A stretch of DNA of 63,426 bases, filler included, from Octopus bimaculoides (GCF_001194135.2; 7 parts of 6 records of this genome joined end to end with filler, not necessarily neighbours in it); one strand, 5' to 3'. Positions 39,061 through 52,384 are shown, numbered from the whole stretch's first letter. Notes: generated from the letters alone by a model not told the origin. Numbers and translations: made by a program.

Positions 39061-40146
39061 GAAGAAATTCGAAGTAATTTTTGCCCCTGTGCTACACGCT
39101 AGACATAAAGCATCAATGGCGATACTTTTATGATTGTGATCCAGAAACTTCAGGATGGCAAAAGCACCAGGAAGAGAGTTGATTGTTGGATAGTGGTACA
39201 AGAAGCTAACCTTCTACCGAACGTATCTTTTCAAGCTGCACCAACAAACTCTCAATGGGAATAGTGGCATACCACACCAGATAGCTCTGCAGAGACAAAC
39301 CTGATCTCCATATGCAGAACCACTCACATGGCAAAAACTACCGGCCAATTGCATGCCGGAACTTAATGTTTAAAATATATACACTTTCAAGCCTCTTCCT
39401 CCAGGGTCATTGCGAAAGTAATAACATCATCACAGCAGAACAAGCAGCTGAGAAGAAAGAAGTCTGGGGGATGTGCCGAGCAATTGTTGAAAAATGAAAT
39501 TGTCAGGTCAGATGCGCGGGAGCATAGGAGAAGCTTGGCTTCAATGTGATACTTGGTGCACCAAAAGGGATAGAGACATAGAGAAATACCAAAATACGAT
39601 AACCGACGCAGGCTTTGTGAAGTTAACACTGAAGATATTACCCACATCATAAGCAGTTATCTAATAATGTCATTGCGTTATTATTTTCTGATGAGACATG
39701 ATATTGTAGCCAAGACACTGTATGATGAGATCCGTCGGGAGGATAATCCTGAGTCCAAAGAGATAAGAACCCACGCATAATATGAAAGAGTACTGGTGGA
39801 ATGGCAATAAAATATAAACATAATAGACCAGACATAGTGATTTGGGACAAAGAAGAGAAACTTTGTACATTAGAGAAAATCGGCTGCCCAGCTAAAGATT
39901 AGCAAAAAAGAAAGCACCTACTGTAAATTATTGAGAAATTTACAGTTATTCTATCCGGATTACAAGTTCCGGTTTATACCTGTAATTATTGGGACCCTGG
40001 GATATGTAATACAATGCCTAAATGCCAATCTTGAGAAATTAGGCTTCTCAAAACCAGGAAAGAGAAAGCTAATTCGAAGACTACAAATCCAAACCATCAC
40101 TGGAACTGTAAAAATCTGTAAAACTTTCCAGAAGTTTATCATTTAG
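39061..40146 (+). mobile_element. Internally deleted RLE-type non-LTR element (R4-like)
   Basis: NYRPIACRNLMFKIYT (RT), HNRPDIVIWD (RLE), LFYPDYKFRFIPVIIGTLG...GTVKICKTF. Confidence 0.85.
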
Positions 40147-40392
40147 ATATATATGAGCATGTCTAGATACGCAGCTATATGCATAAGAATACATACATAA
40201 AACGAAATATACAAATCTGCACATATACATACATACATACATACAGACAGACAGACAGACAGAACAATGACATGCATACACAAGGTAGAGTCATTGTGAC
40301 CCAGGATTGTACCATTAGTTAAAGCTCACCTGAATTTAACGTAATTAATGCATTTGTGTGCGTACATATTCGCATTTTTGCATATGTGTGCC

Positions 40393-40449
<57 letters not shown>

Positions 40450-40865
40450 TGTGTGTGTGTTTATTTATATATCTATCAATATCTATACAAACCAATGTGT
40501 GAGCGTGCGCATGCGCGCGGTTTTGTGTTTTGTGTTTTGTGTCTGTGTGTTCGTGTGTATATATTTGTGTCTGCCTGCGTGGGGGTGGTTGTGAGTGTAT
40601 GTTTAGTGTCTCCTTATAACGACTAAAAAATGTCACGATCAGTTAATATTCACACGCTATTGTTGTTGTTGCTGCGGCTGCTATTGCACTGCTGCTACTA
40701 CTACTACTACACTGCTACCACCACCACCAACACCACCACAACTACTACTACACTTATTATTTGTAAAAACCTGTTTATCCAGTTTTATCGATCGTTTGCT
40801 AATTGCAACATTTTAACTATTATATAATTTCTATAGAATATCACTGGCATTTCAGTGCCATTGCG

Positions 40866-40945
<80 letters not shown>

Positions 40946-41207
40946 TAATAATAATAATAATAATGATGATGATGATGATGATGATTTCATTTATATGCCA
41001 CAAAGGCAAAGGATGAGGGGAACAATACAAAGACAGACATAAAGTATGGTGGTTTACATATAATGAAATGATAAAAGAGAATGTAAGAAAGAAAGAAAGT
41101 ATAGACGGTATACATTGAAAAAGAGGGGACATATGCATAGCATACAAAAGTTTAAAAAGAAAGAAAGTGGTGGGGAGGATGATAGAGATGTGACCCTCCT
41201 GATACAA

Positions 41208-41492
41208 GAAGGCCTTTAGGGATAATCGAGGAATCCCACTGTCCGAGATTTCCCTGAAACTCCGGGATCAAGTGTCCTCTCCAGTTCCTTCTGTCCGACA
41301 CACAGGTCTACATTTAGAGAGGTACAGTCCACTCTTGCTATTTTCGCAACTTCCACCCACCTTTCTATAAACTCATTCGAGAATAGCACTTCTCTCTCCA
41401 CTCTCAATTTCTTTTTCAAGTGAAACTTGAAGAGTCAATGAGAGCTGTACCAAAGAGGAACGTATCTGTCCCCATGCCTTTCAGCCTTGTCC
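41208..41492 (-). mobile_element. Tx1/L1-clade LINE C-terminus
   Basis: TRLKGMGTDTF...KKKLRVEREVL..FIERWVEVAKIAR. Confidence 0.75.
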
Positions 41493-41729
41493 NNNNNNNN
41501 NNNNNNNNNNNNNNNNNNNNNNNNNNNNNNNNNNNNNNNNNNNNNNNNNNNNNNNNNNNNNNNNNNNNNNNNNNNNNNNNNNNNNNNNNNNNNNNNNNNN
41601 NNNNNNNNNNNNNNNNNNNNNNNNNNNNNNNNNNNNNNNNNNNNNNNNNNNNNNNNNNNNNNNNNNNNNNNNNNNNNNNNNNNNNNNNNNNNNNNNNNNN
41701 NNNNNNNNNNNNNNNNNNNNNNNNAATAC

Positions 41730-41794
<65 letters not shown>

Positions 41795-41797
<3 letters not shown>

Positions 41798-42349
41798 TGC
41801 CCTGATGCAGTACCAGGCACTGACTCTCATGACTTCTGATCTTAATCGATTGGAAGTGTTATCATGTACATTGTCTTGGTATAAAAGATGGGCTACAGCA
41901 AATATTCTGCTTAATACCACAGATTTGCTTGTCAGTTGTTTGACCTTAACCAGTTGAGCATGTCCCTTGGTGGCTGACGATATGTGCATCTCTGATCATG
42001 AGCAGAAGTAGTGGGGGTGCATCATAGCCATGTATTGAAAGGAATTCTTTGGTGTTTGAATAATTCATCTTTGGAAACATGGGTGTTTTGCTCAACATCC
42101 TTAAACAACCCTTATTCAGGGACCTTTTGAGCGGGATGGGCCACTCGACCTGAAGAAAATTCTAACTGGGCCCCACCTGCGAGGTCATGCGCTGTTTATC
42201 TTGATACAAGATCACCATGGCACGCACATATGGTTGTGATGCATGCGCCTGGCGTACCCTTATCAGATGGGTAGTCATGATGGGTATAATGGGCTTCGTA
42301 TATTTTACCCCAGTGTCACTTCGATGGCATGCACTGCTCTCTCACTCGA
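41795..42349 (+). mobile_element. Unclassified non-coding interspersed element flanked by (AAT)n on both sides
   Basis: Further copies at 11087-11308 and 43207-43306; no ORF. Confidence 0.75.
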
Positions 42350-42377
42350 TAATAATAATAGCAACAACAACAACAAC

Positions 42378-42456
<79 letters not shown>

Positions 42457-42621
42457 CAATGTCAGAGAATACACCGCATGTCACATTTAATAAGACAACT
42501 TGTGATGGCTTCAGACTTCTCTAAGAAGTCACCGTATCGTGTTTTATAAAATACATATCTTTTCTCCAATAAGAATACGGCAGCATCTGCGGAGGTATCG
42601 TTAGTATCAGTCAACAAATGT

Positions 42622-42785
42622 GTGTGTGTGAAGAAGTGATTAGTGATTAGGGCGCTGGGCTGATGATCATGGTGTAACAGATTCGATTCCTGGGCCAAAT
42701 AGCACGACGTGTCCTTGTGCAAGTTATTTCATTTCCCATAAATTCAGTCTACTCAACTGGAAATATGTACTAGTCAACTGTAAGT
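42622..42785 (+). mobile_element. tRNA-CORE SINE fragment
   Basis: GTGATTAGGGCGCTGG...GATTCGATTCC...GTGTCCTTGTGCAAG. Confidence 0.55.
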
Positions 42786-42818
42786 GCGTCTTCTCCTCAC
42801 CTTTCTGTCTGTCTGTCG

Positions 42819-42865
<47 letters not shown>

Positions 42866-42875
42866 NNNNNNNNNN

Positions 42876-43090
42876 CACGTGACAGTAGCTGTTCGACATA
42901 ACCCCACAAGTCAGCAATGCCCGGACGCTGAACGAGGGCGTACAGAACGGTTTCGTCACTCTGCACGCACCTCGGACAAGCCAGTCTGACAGCACAACCG
43001 TGCCTGTAGAGTTTATCGCGAACCGGTAGCGCCCCCAGGTAGCACTGCCAGGCCAAGGACATCTGGAAATTATCCATAATAGTTCCCGGC
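42876..43090 (-). mobile_element. Tx1/L1-clade zinc-finger region
   Basis: SLAWQCYLGALPVRDKLYRHG..CPRC...ETV...LWGYVEQLLSR. Confidence 0.85.
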
Positions 43091-43138
43091 AACAATAATA
43101 ATAAAACTCCAATGTCAGAGAATTCCCGACAATAATAC

Positions 43139-43209
<71 letters not shown>

Positions 43210-43306
43210 TGCCCTGATGCAGTACCAGGCACTGACTCTCATGACTTCTGATCTTAATCGATTGGAAGTGTTATCATGTACATTGTCTTGGTATAAAAGA
43301 TGGGCT

Positions 43307-43406
43307 NNNNNNNNNNNNNNNNNNNNNNNNNNNNNNNNNNNNNNNNNNNNTTAATTAATTAANNNNNNNNNNNNNNNNNNNNNNNNNNNNNNNNNNNNNN
43401 NNNNNN
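43307..43406. other. Artificial 100-bp assembly spacer
   Basis: 44 N + TTAATTAATTAA + 44 N. Confidence 0.9.
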
Positions 43407-43419
43407 ATATACACACATG

Positions 43420-43454
<35 letters not shown>

Positions 43455-43579
43455 GTATATATAACAACTGATTTGAAACTTACCTTAAAAGTTAAATTGA
43501 CGAAAATCTCACGGAGTGAAGCTGCTTAGCAAATAAATGCAACGATATCTGGCAGGAAACTGGAGATTCTGTAAAGTTT

Positions 43580-43932
43580 CAGCATTTATATAGAATGGTT
43601 TGACATACTCCTGAGAGACCTTCCCAAATATCGGAACACCTGGTTGTATGATTGATAATCACGCACGCCTCTTTCAAAGCAGCTCAGGAACGTGAGAGTG
43701 ATAATGTGTGTGTGTGTAATTATGTGTGGGTGTATGTATGTATGCATGCGTGTGTGTATGTATGTATACGTATGTGTGTATGTATGCATGTATGTAAGTA
43801 TGTGTGTATGTCTGCATGTTTGTATGTATATATATGCATGTATTTATGCATGTGTGTGCATGCATCTATATGTGTATATATATATATATGCCTGCATGCA
43901 AATGTATGAGTATGTTCGGTTATATATATGTG

Positions 43933-44024
<92 letters not shown>

Positions 44025-44367
44025 TGTGTGCATGTATGTATGTTTGCAAATATGTATGCATATATGTATGTGTATGTACGTACGTACGTACGTATGTATG
44101 TATGTATGTATGTATGTATGTATGTATGCATGAATGTATATCTGTATATGTGTGCATGTGTGTGCATGCGTGTTTACGTGTGAGTGTGTTTGTGCGCATT
44201 AACGTGGTTTAGAAAATGTCAAAGGAGACCGTATTGATTGCACACACATAGACCCGCGTGCGCGCATGTGCATCGATACATTCACACAGATATGTAAATA
44301 TGAATGTGTCTATGTGTATGTATATAAGCATGAAAGTATATGTGTGTGTGTATATATATATGTGAAC

Positions 44368-44414
<47 letters not shown>
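43580..44414. repeat. Compound (TA)n/(TATG)n/(TG)n microsatellite block
   Basis: Direct reading. Confidence 0.9.
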
Positions 44415-45235
44415 NNNNNNNNNNNNNNNNNNNNNNNNNNNNNNNNNNNNNNNNNNNNNNNNNNNNNNNNNNNNNNNNNNNNNNNNNNNNNNNNNNNNNN
44501 NNNNNNNNNNNNNNNNNNNNNNNNNNNNNNNNNNNNNNNNNNNNNNNNNNNNNNNNNNNNNNNNNNNNNNNNNNNNNNNNNNNNNNNNNNNNNNNNNNNN
44601 NNNNNNNNNNNNNNNNNNNNNNNNNNNNNNNNNNNNNNNNNNNNNNNNNNNNNNNNNNNNNNNNNNNNNNNNNNNNNNNNNNNNNNNNNNNNNNNNNNNN
44701 NNNNNNNNNNNNNNNNNNNNNNNNNNNNNNNNNNNNNNNNNNNNNNNNNNNNNNNNNNNNNNNNNNNNNNNNNNNNNNNNNNNNNNNNNNNNNNNNNNNN
44801 NNNNNNNNNNNNNNNNNNNNNNNNNNNNNNNNNNNNNNNNNNNNNNNNNNNNNNNNNNNNNNNNNNNNNNNNNNNNNNNNNNNNNNNNNNNNNNNNNNNN
44901 NNNNNNNNNNNNNNNNNNNNNNNNNNNNNNNNNNNNNNNNNNNNNNNNNNNNNNNNNNNNNNNNNNNNNNNNNNNNNNNNNNNNNNNNNNNNNNNNNNNN
45001 NNNNNNNNNNNNNNNNNNNNNNNNNNNNNNNNNNNNNNNNNNNNNNNNNNNNNNNNNNNNNNNNNNNNNNNNNNNNNNNNNNNNNNNNNNNNNNNGGCAG
45101 AAACAGACAGTGGGAGTGTAACTGACGAGATTAGCAGCTCCTGTGGGGATTCCAAGGAGTGCAAGCCTAAAGAAGAGGACGCCTCTTTAATAAATATATT
45201 CCTGAATACAAAGTAAACCGTTAATAATAATAATG

Positions 45236-45266
<31 letters not shown>

Positions 45267-46004
45267 TAATAATGATAATCATAATGATAATTTCTTGCGA
45301 GTAATAATGATTCTTCTCCTCTTAAACAATTAAACATTATATAACTGTCTGTGTCTCTCTATCTCTATCTCTACCCCCGATCTTCTCTCTCTCTCTCTCG
45401 CAGTACAGCACCACCAAGTTTTGCACTAATCCATATGATTGTATTGGTGACGAAGAAGATGGAGAAAGATGAAGAAAAATGAAGGAAGATGAAAAAATGA
45501 TGCTGCACGCTAACTTTTCACATGTTCACAGAAAAATATGAAGTAGGGATTTTTCTTGATGTGTGAAACAGGAAAAGCAAGTTGTTAATGTTTTTTTTCT
45601 TTTTAGAGAGTAAAATATACAATAAAAAATGATAGAATAATGAAAACCACTAATTGTTTGTGAGATAGATTTTTGGAGGGGATTCACACGGGAAAATAAC
45701 AAATCAAGAAATAAACACAGCCATGGTGAGAGTGTTTCATTAAAGTACAAAGGGTCATCTGGGATTTTTAAAAGTATATCAAAGATGTAATTAAAAGCAA
45801 TAGCCAAGGAAGGGTGGCGGAGATTAAACGTCTACAATGAAAGACTGGTAGTGTTGGTGGTCTTTATGGTATTGGTGGTGGTGGTAGTGGTGTTGTTGTT
45901 CGTGTCGTTGTTGGTGGTGTTGGTGGTGGTTGTGGGGCAGTGGTGACGGCGGTGGTGGTGACGGTGGTGGTGGTGACGGTGGTGGTGGTTTATGTTAAGG
46001 GTGG

Positions 46005-46290
46005 CGACCTGGCAGCAACATTTCGTCAGTCTTTGCACCCTGAGTTCATTTGCCTTCTATCTTTTCAGGGTCGATGGAATAAGTACCAGGTAGATTACTG
46101 GGGTCAATATAATCGACAATCCTCCTCCCCCAAATTTCAGTTCTTGTGCCTGTAGCAGAAAGGAGTATTAATTATGTTATAGGTAGTGATCTAGCAGAAT
46201 CGTTACCGCGCTGGACAAAATACTGGTAAGCATTTCGTTTGTCTTTCCACCCTGAGTTCAAATGCCGCAAAGGTCGACTTTGCCTTTTAC
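46005..46290 (+). mobile_element. Two Meta-like SINE fragments
   Basis: CTGGCAGCAAC head with central domain; second head at about 46185. Confidence 0.7.
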
Positions 46291-48735
46291 AAACAATGTG
46301 AACATTATCCATAATGTGAAGGTAACACCAACAACTCTTTCGTATTATAACATTATAGAATTAATAATGTATAGTCCTAGGAAAACTGTTGACATCCACC
46401 CTGTCAGGAGGACCCAAGCCATATCCAACCTAAATTTCCACAAAGCAAACTGGAAGCCAATCCGCAAAGAGATCCACAATCAAAACTGGCCTGACACTAT
46501 GTCACTTTATGTAGTCTGTGCAAGCTATATCCACCAAAATATGGGCCAGAAAGAAAGGCCAGCGTACATATAAATAGAATTCCCAGAGATGGGAAAATCC
46601 TTATGAGACACAGAACAAAGGTCTCAAACCAGGTGAATAGAGAACTGTAGGACAATAAAAAGACTAAATTAAGACAGACACTGCTGGAGATTGAAAACAA
46701 AATTAAACTCTCCCATGAAAAGGAAAGAACGGAGAAGGAGAAGAGAGCTGTAGAAAGCATATAAAACAAATCTCGGGGCTTTCTATAAGTCTACAAAGGA
46801 AACCGCCACAGTACAGTACAAAATAGGACCCCTGTTCCAATTGAATGGCTCACTGACTGCAGACCCCAAAAGGATAAGTGAAGTGCTCAGTGTGCAATTT
46901 AAAAGTGTCTTCACCTCTCCACTGAGTCACATGCAGATAAAAAAAAACCAGCTGATTTCTTTGATTATGCAACCTTGCAGAAAAAGCGGCAGATATTATC
47001 TACATTGACATTGAAGAAGATATAATAGCAGCCATAGGCGAAATGAGCTCAAACTCAGCAACCGGCCCCATGGCTTCTCAGCTATTCTCTTAAAGTCATT
47101 TAAACAGGAATTAGCAGGACCACTTTGGATACTCTTCCAGAGTTTCCTTGCAAGTGGTAAACTTCCCAAAAAAGCTAAAAGAAGGCATCATATGCCCTAT
47201 CCATAAAGGTGGAAGCAGAGCAGAGGCCAAAAACTACAGACCCACGTCTCTGACTTCACATATCAGCAAAGTCATGGAGCGAATCGTCAGAAAGAAACTG
47301 ATTATGTTTCTAGAAGAAAATTACTTGCTGAACGATACTCAGCATGGCTTCCGTCCAGGCAGAAGCTGCCTCACACAGCTCTTACGGCATTATGACGGGG
47401 TCCTGAAGCAGCTTCTCGACCATTCAAATGTCGATGTGATATATCTTGACTTTGCAAAGGCCTTTGACAAAGTTGGCTATGGCATGATATGTCACAAGTT
47501 GTGAAACCTTGGTATAGCTGGTAAACTAGGAGAGTGGCTGCATGGCTTGCTAAACGATAGAAGTGAGACGGTTGCAGCCAATGGTGCACTCTCTAAGGAA
47601 ACACAACTTTTGAGCGGTATTCCTCAGGGAACTGTCTTAGGCCATTACTGTTTATAGTAAGCCCTCTTAGACATGCCCACAGTCACTCAGTCAGTCACTA
47701 TTACTTGCTACGCCGATGATACAAAATTATCACAGGCACTAAAGAATCCTAATGATGTCGTAAACCTGCAGAACGACCTAAATGCAATATACAAGTGGGC
47801 AGAGCAAAACAATATGCAATTTAATCCTGAAAACTTTCAAGCACTGCGCTATAAGATCACAAATGCTCCACAACCGGCATTTACAGGACCCGGAAGTATT
47901 GTAATCCCAGAGTCACAAACAGTGAGAGACCTGAGGATCGATATGTGTAATGATGCATCATTTCACATGCACATTACTAAGTTGGCAGCAATGTGCAAAC
48001 AACGGGCAGGATTGATACTAAGGACATTCAGGACAAGATATCAAAAAGTCATTTTGACTCTATGGAAGACCTTTGTTCTCAACCGCCTAGACTACTTGCT
48101 CTCAGTTGTGGTCACCACACAGTGTCAAGCTAACAACGGAGCTTGAAGTAATCCAGCGTCACTACACTAAAACGATTGCTACAATCCAGCAGATCAATTA
48201 CAGGGAGAGGCTGAAAGAACTATGACTCTACTCTCCAGAGCGCAGACGTGAGAGATAAGTAATAATTTGCATGTGGAAAATACTGGAAGGGCTAGTACCT
48301 AATTTTAGCATCAAGTGTTATATGAATGCTCGTACAGGACGCCATTTCATAGTACCGAAGGTACCGTCCAATGCATCTAATATAAGAACCAGGTATTGCA
48401 ATAGCCTAGGGTTCAGAGGACCACAGCTCTTCAATTCTCTGCCAACATGATATAGATGTGGGAGTCTTCAAAAAGAAACTGGACACTCTCCTACCCACAA
48501 TACTAGACGAATCAATGGTTCGACATGAGGTACATTTGAGGGCAGCAGTGTCAAATTCCCTCATACACTAGATGTGCCATGGGTAATTTTGATGGGATCA
48601 CATCGGTCGGGGGAGAGGAACCACGAAAGGACTGTGGAGAGAGTGCAAAAACAAAAGAGTGAAAAAATCATGGTGGTGCTCCTGCATGACCACAGCCACC
48701 TGGCTGAAACACATAAAACAATAAAAGTCTAAAAG
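46290..48735 (+). mobile_element. CR1-group LINE, 5'-truncated (EN end, RT, 3' UTR), with frameshifts and stops
   Basis: KNYRPTSLTSHISKVMER, QHGFRPGRSCLTQL, YLDFAKAFDKV, GIPQGTVLG, YADDTKL. Confidence 0.95.
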
Positions 48736-48757
48736 AAAATATATGTTTTAGTACAGT

Positions 48758-48962
48758 GACGAGCTGGCAGAATCGTTAGCACACCGAGAAAACGCAACAT
48801 TTCATCCGTCTTCATGTCCTGAGTTCAAATTCCACCGAGGTCGACTTTGCCTTGCATTATTTCGGAGTTGATGAAATTAATATCAGTCGAACACTGGGGT
48901 TGATGTAATCATCTTACCCTCCCCGGCTGAAAGTACTGGCCTTATGCCAAAATCTGAAACCA
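48758..48962 (+). mobile_element. Meta-like SINE
   Basis: GAGCTGGCAGAATCGTTAGC head through tail. Confidence 0.85.
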
Positions 48963-49139
48963 ATATACATCTCGTATTAAATACAGGACTATGTTTTAGT
49001 TTTCAGCTTTGTGTCAAGTGGTTTCTCTATCACATTCCCATATAAGTTCCTAGCATTGTACACATCTTGGGTCCTTTATCCATATTTCAAGTTACATCTT
49101 CATATAGAAGTAATGTCTGCGAGCTTTACTGACACGATA

Positions 49140-49306
49140 CGGCAAATTTTTGACAGCTATTTCATTGATTCTAGAGATGAACTTGTACTTATTTATATCA
49201 GCCCCGAAAGGATGAAAGGCAAAGTTACCTCAGCAAAATTTGAGTCCAGAACGTAATGCCGCATAGAATTTTTCCGGCGTGCTGACGATTCTGCCAGCTC
49301 ACCACC
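49140..49306 (-). mobile_element. Meta-like SINE at the 3' break of the Dong-like element
   Basis: Reverse complement of head and central domain. Confidence 0.75.
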
Positions 49307-51640
49307 TTTTTTCATTTTGTTATGCTGGCATAACTTCCAGTCTATATAGGTCCCAACTCTGTCGTGTCTGTGAATATATTCCTTCTGGCCAGGACGGGGC
49401 AGTCAGAGACAATATGATTTATTGTTTCTTCTCCATCTGCACATATTCTGAAGTTACTTGTATTTCTTTTCATTACATGCTTTTGGTAATTTCTGGTGGG
49501 AAGGCTTTGATTTTGTGCTGCAATTAAAAATCCCTCAGTCTCTGCTTTGAGTTTCTCAACCATTGTTGGGATTTTGCTTTGTCTATTTCGTTTCTGTTTA
49601 GTTTAACCCAGTATTTGTCATGAAGGAGCTTTTCTTGCCATCGTTTTATCACGATCCGTTGCTGTTGCAGACTTAGCTTGGATTTCAGTTGTTTTACAGC
49701 TTTCGTTTTATGTTTATTTCCTTGGTTAATTCATGTACTATCTGTCGTAATGTTTCCAGCTGTTTATGATTTGTAGCATACAGGTTTTAAATCAACCATA
49801 TATAAGAGGTAGCTGATTGCTCTGCCATAATAGTTGTATCCACATCCAGTTCTTTTTAGCATATCAGATAAAGGTGTCAGTGCCAAGTAGAAAAGGAGTG
49901 GAGAGACCGTGTCTTCCTGGAATATTCCTCTTCTAATGGGGACGGCTTTGACTTTTATGAGTCCCTCTTTTATCAGGCGCTGTAGCACTGTCTGTCATTT
50001 ATTCATGGAATGTTTTATATATCTTATGATTATTGATGCTACCTTGTTCATGGCTAGTGTTTCAAGGATCCATGTATGGGGAATTTATAAAAATCCTTTC
50101 AGTAATCAACGCAGGACATACTGAAACTCTTCTTGTTTCTGCAGTTGTCTTCAGTTATGGCTTTATTGATCATTAGCTGATCTTTATAGCCGTATGAGCC
50201 CTTGCAGCATCCCTTCTGCTCTTCTGGAAACAGGCTGTTTTCTTCCAAATGTTCCCTCATCCTGTGCGACATTATTGCAGTAAAGGTTTTGTAAACTGTA
50301 GGGAGACAAGTTATCGGTCTGTAATTTAGCGGATTTGCCGTTTCAGCGGATTTGAGAATTAGGATAGTTTTCCCTTCCGTGAGCCATTCAGGCAATATCT
50401 CTGGCTCTGCTAGTATTTCATTAGATTTCTCAGCCAGTTTTTTATATCTTCTTGTTAGGTATTTTAACCAGAAGTTGGGGATTTTGTCGTGCCCGGGTGC
50501 CTTCCAGTTGTTTAGTTTTTTCAGTGCCTTGGTGACCTCTTCAGTTGTTATAGATGTCCAGAGTTATTCAAGTGCTGAATTCGTTGTTTTGATAGACCTT
50601 TTCTGAGGTTGTTCCTTTGCCGACCATATTTCTTTCCAAAATTCTTACATTTCTTCTGCTGTTGGTACTGCATTGATCTCTATTTTATTTTTGCCAATTA
50701 ATGGTAGAATCTTTTGGAGTTGGAGTTGAACTGTTTGTTTTGTTCAAAGAAACGTTGGCGCTTCTCATACCTGCGGGTTCTTTGTGCTTTGGCGAGAATA
50801 TCTTGCTTTAGTTGCTCTTTTATCTCTGGTATACCTTGTTCTGCAATTTTGTATTTATGTAGTATCTTTCTTCTCTTCTTGTTGCTTAGTAGTGTTGATT
50901 GTCTACTAGTTTCATTAAAAATTGACAGATACTTTCTCTTATTTTCTATTTTTTCTAGATATTATTTATCCACAGGGTTTGTTTGGGAGGTGACACTCCT
51001 GTTTGGATGAGTTTTAGGGGGTATCCAGCTTCTTTTGTGGCCACAGAGGTTGCTGCATATATCATATCATTTAGCCTGGTCATATTGACATTTGTTTTTG
51101 TGGCTATTAGGACTGTGACGGACAGGTTCATGCCATTTATTATTGATGTTTTATTATCAATTTTAATTTTTGGGAGGTATAATCGATGGTCCATACTGAG
51201 ATCTGTGGCTTTCAATTCTTTGATTATGCTCATTTTTAGAGTATCATAATCATTAGTTTCATCTTCGCCGTTTCCTGGTTTTAGATTTGTTTCGTATTCC
51301 CTCCTGTTCATATTTTTGTCTGTGGTGTTCTGATTTGCATTTTGCTCATCATTATGCATTACTACGGCCTGGGTTTATTGTCTTTCGTTGTTTACTTTTT
51401 GTTGGACATGCTACGTCTGTCTTCGTATTTTATAGTCCCAGTTCTTATGATATTATTTGGCACTGCTATGTGGTTACTATCTACGTTTTCCTGATATATT
51501 TTTACTTTTAAGTATTCTATTTCTATTTCTGATATTTTTTTTTTGAGAATATATCTCTGTATGTTAGCTAGTTTATTAGGGTTCATTGCTGTATCCAAAT
51601 CTTTATCCAAGAATTCCTTTCGTCACAAGCCTATGATGTT
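49307..51640 (-). mobile_element. R4/Dong-like non-LTR retrotransposon, decayed, lacking the RLE end
   Basis: NKLANIQRYILKK.ISEIEI, PEWLTEGKTILI..NYRPITCLPTVYK, RRGIFQEDTVSPLLF, KAETEGFLIAAQNQSL, EETINHIVSDCPVLA. Confidence 0.92.
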
Positions 51641-51644
51641 CCCC

Positions 51645-51658
51645 CATTATTATTGTTG

Positions 51659-51745
<87 letters not shown>
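51645..51745. repeat. (TAA)n array between two Dong-like copies
   Basis: Direct reading. Confidence 0.95.
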
Positions 51746-51746
<1 letters not shown>

Positions 51747-52245
51747 ATGTTTGACTTTTGCTTTGTATTTGTACACGATGACTCCAAGTCTCACCCAGAG
51801 ACCTCAAGAGACAACAAGTTAGAAGTTCAAGTTGCTGTTATGTCTAAGGTGTCATATATTTGGTTTTGTACATAATATTGTTCTAGAGAATGTTTAAGAA
51901 AACAAAAGAAACCAATGAGTTTGTTCTAAAATTTTAGGTTACATAGACATTATTTTACGTAGGCAGTTCCCATGAGCACTATCTTTTGAATTTCTGCCAT
52001 TTTGGGGTTTCCTGGTGTCTGAGCTAGGTAAGCACCAGTCCCTTTTGCTATCATTTCTAGGGCACCTATGACAACTGGTATTGTTTTAGTCTTGAGGTTC
52101 CACATTTTGCCAATTTCTATTTCAAGATCTTTATACTTACTCAGTTTTTGGTAGGTCTTGACAGATACATTTATGTCGATTGAGACAGTTATATTAACGA
52201 GGAGGCATGATTTTTATCTGAAGTCTTTCAATGTAATGTCTGACC

Positions 52246-52247
<2 letters not shown>
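51746..52247 (-). mobile_element. 5'-truncated R4/Dong-like copy (RLE domain plus 3' UTR)
   Basis: DITLKDFR..KLSKYKDLEIEIGKMWNLKTKTIPVVIGAL; (AAT)n on both sides. Confidence 0.9.
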
Positions 52248-52344
<97 letters not shown>

Positions 52345-52384
52345 CATTATTATTACACACACACACACACATGTATATATATAT

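Noticed and set aside
47148-48146. Host reverse-transcriptase gene
   Set aside because: Frameshifted, stop-containing LINE remnant.
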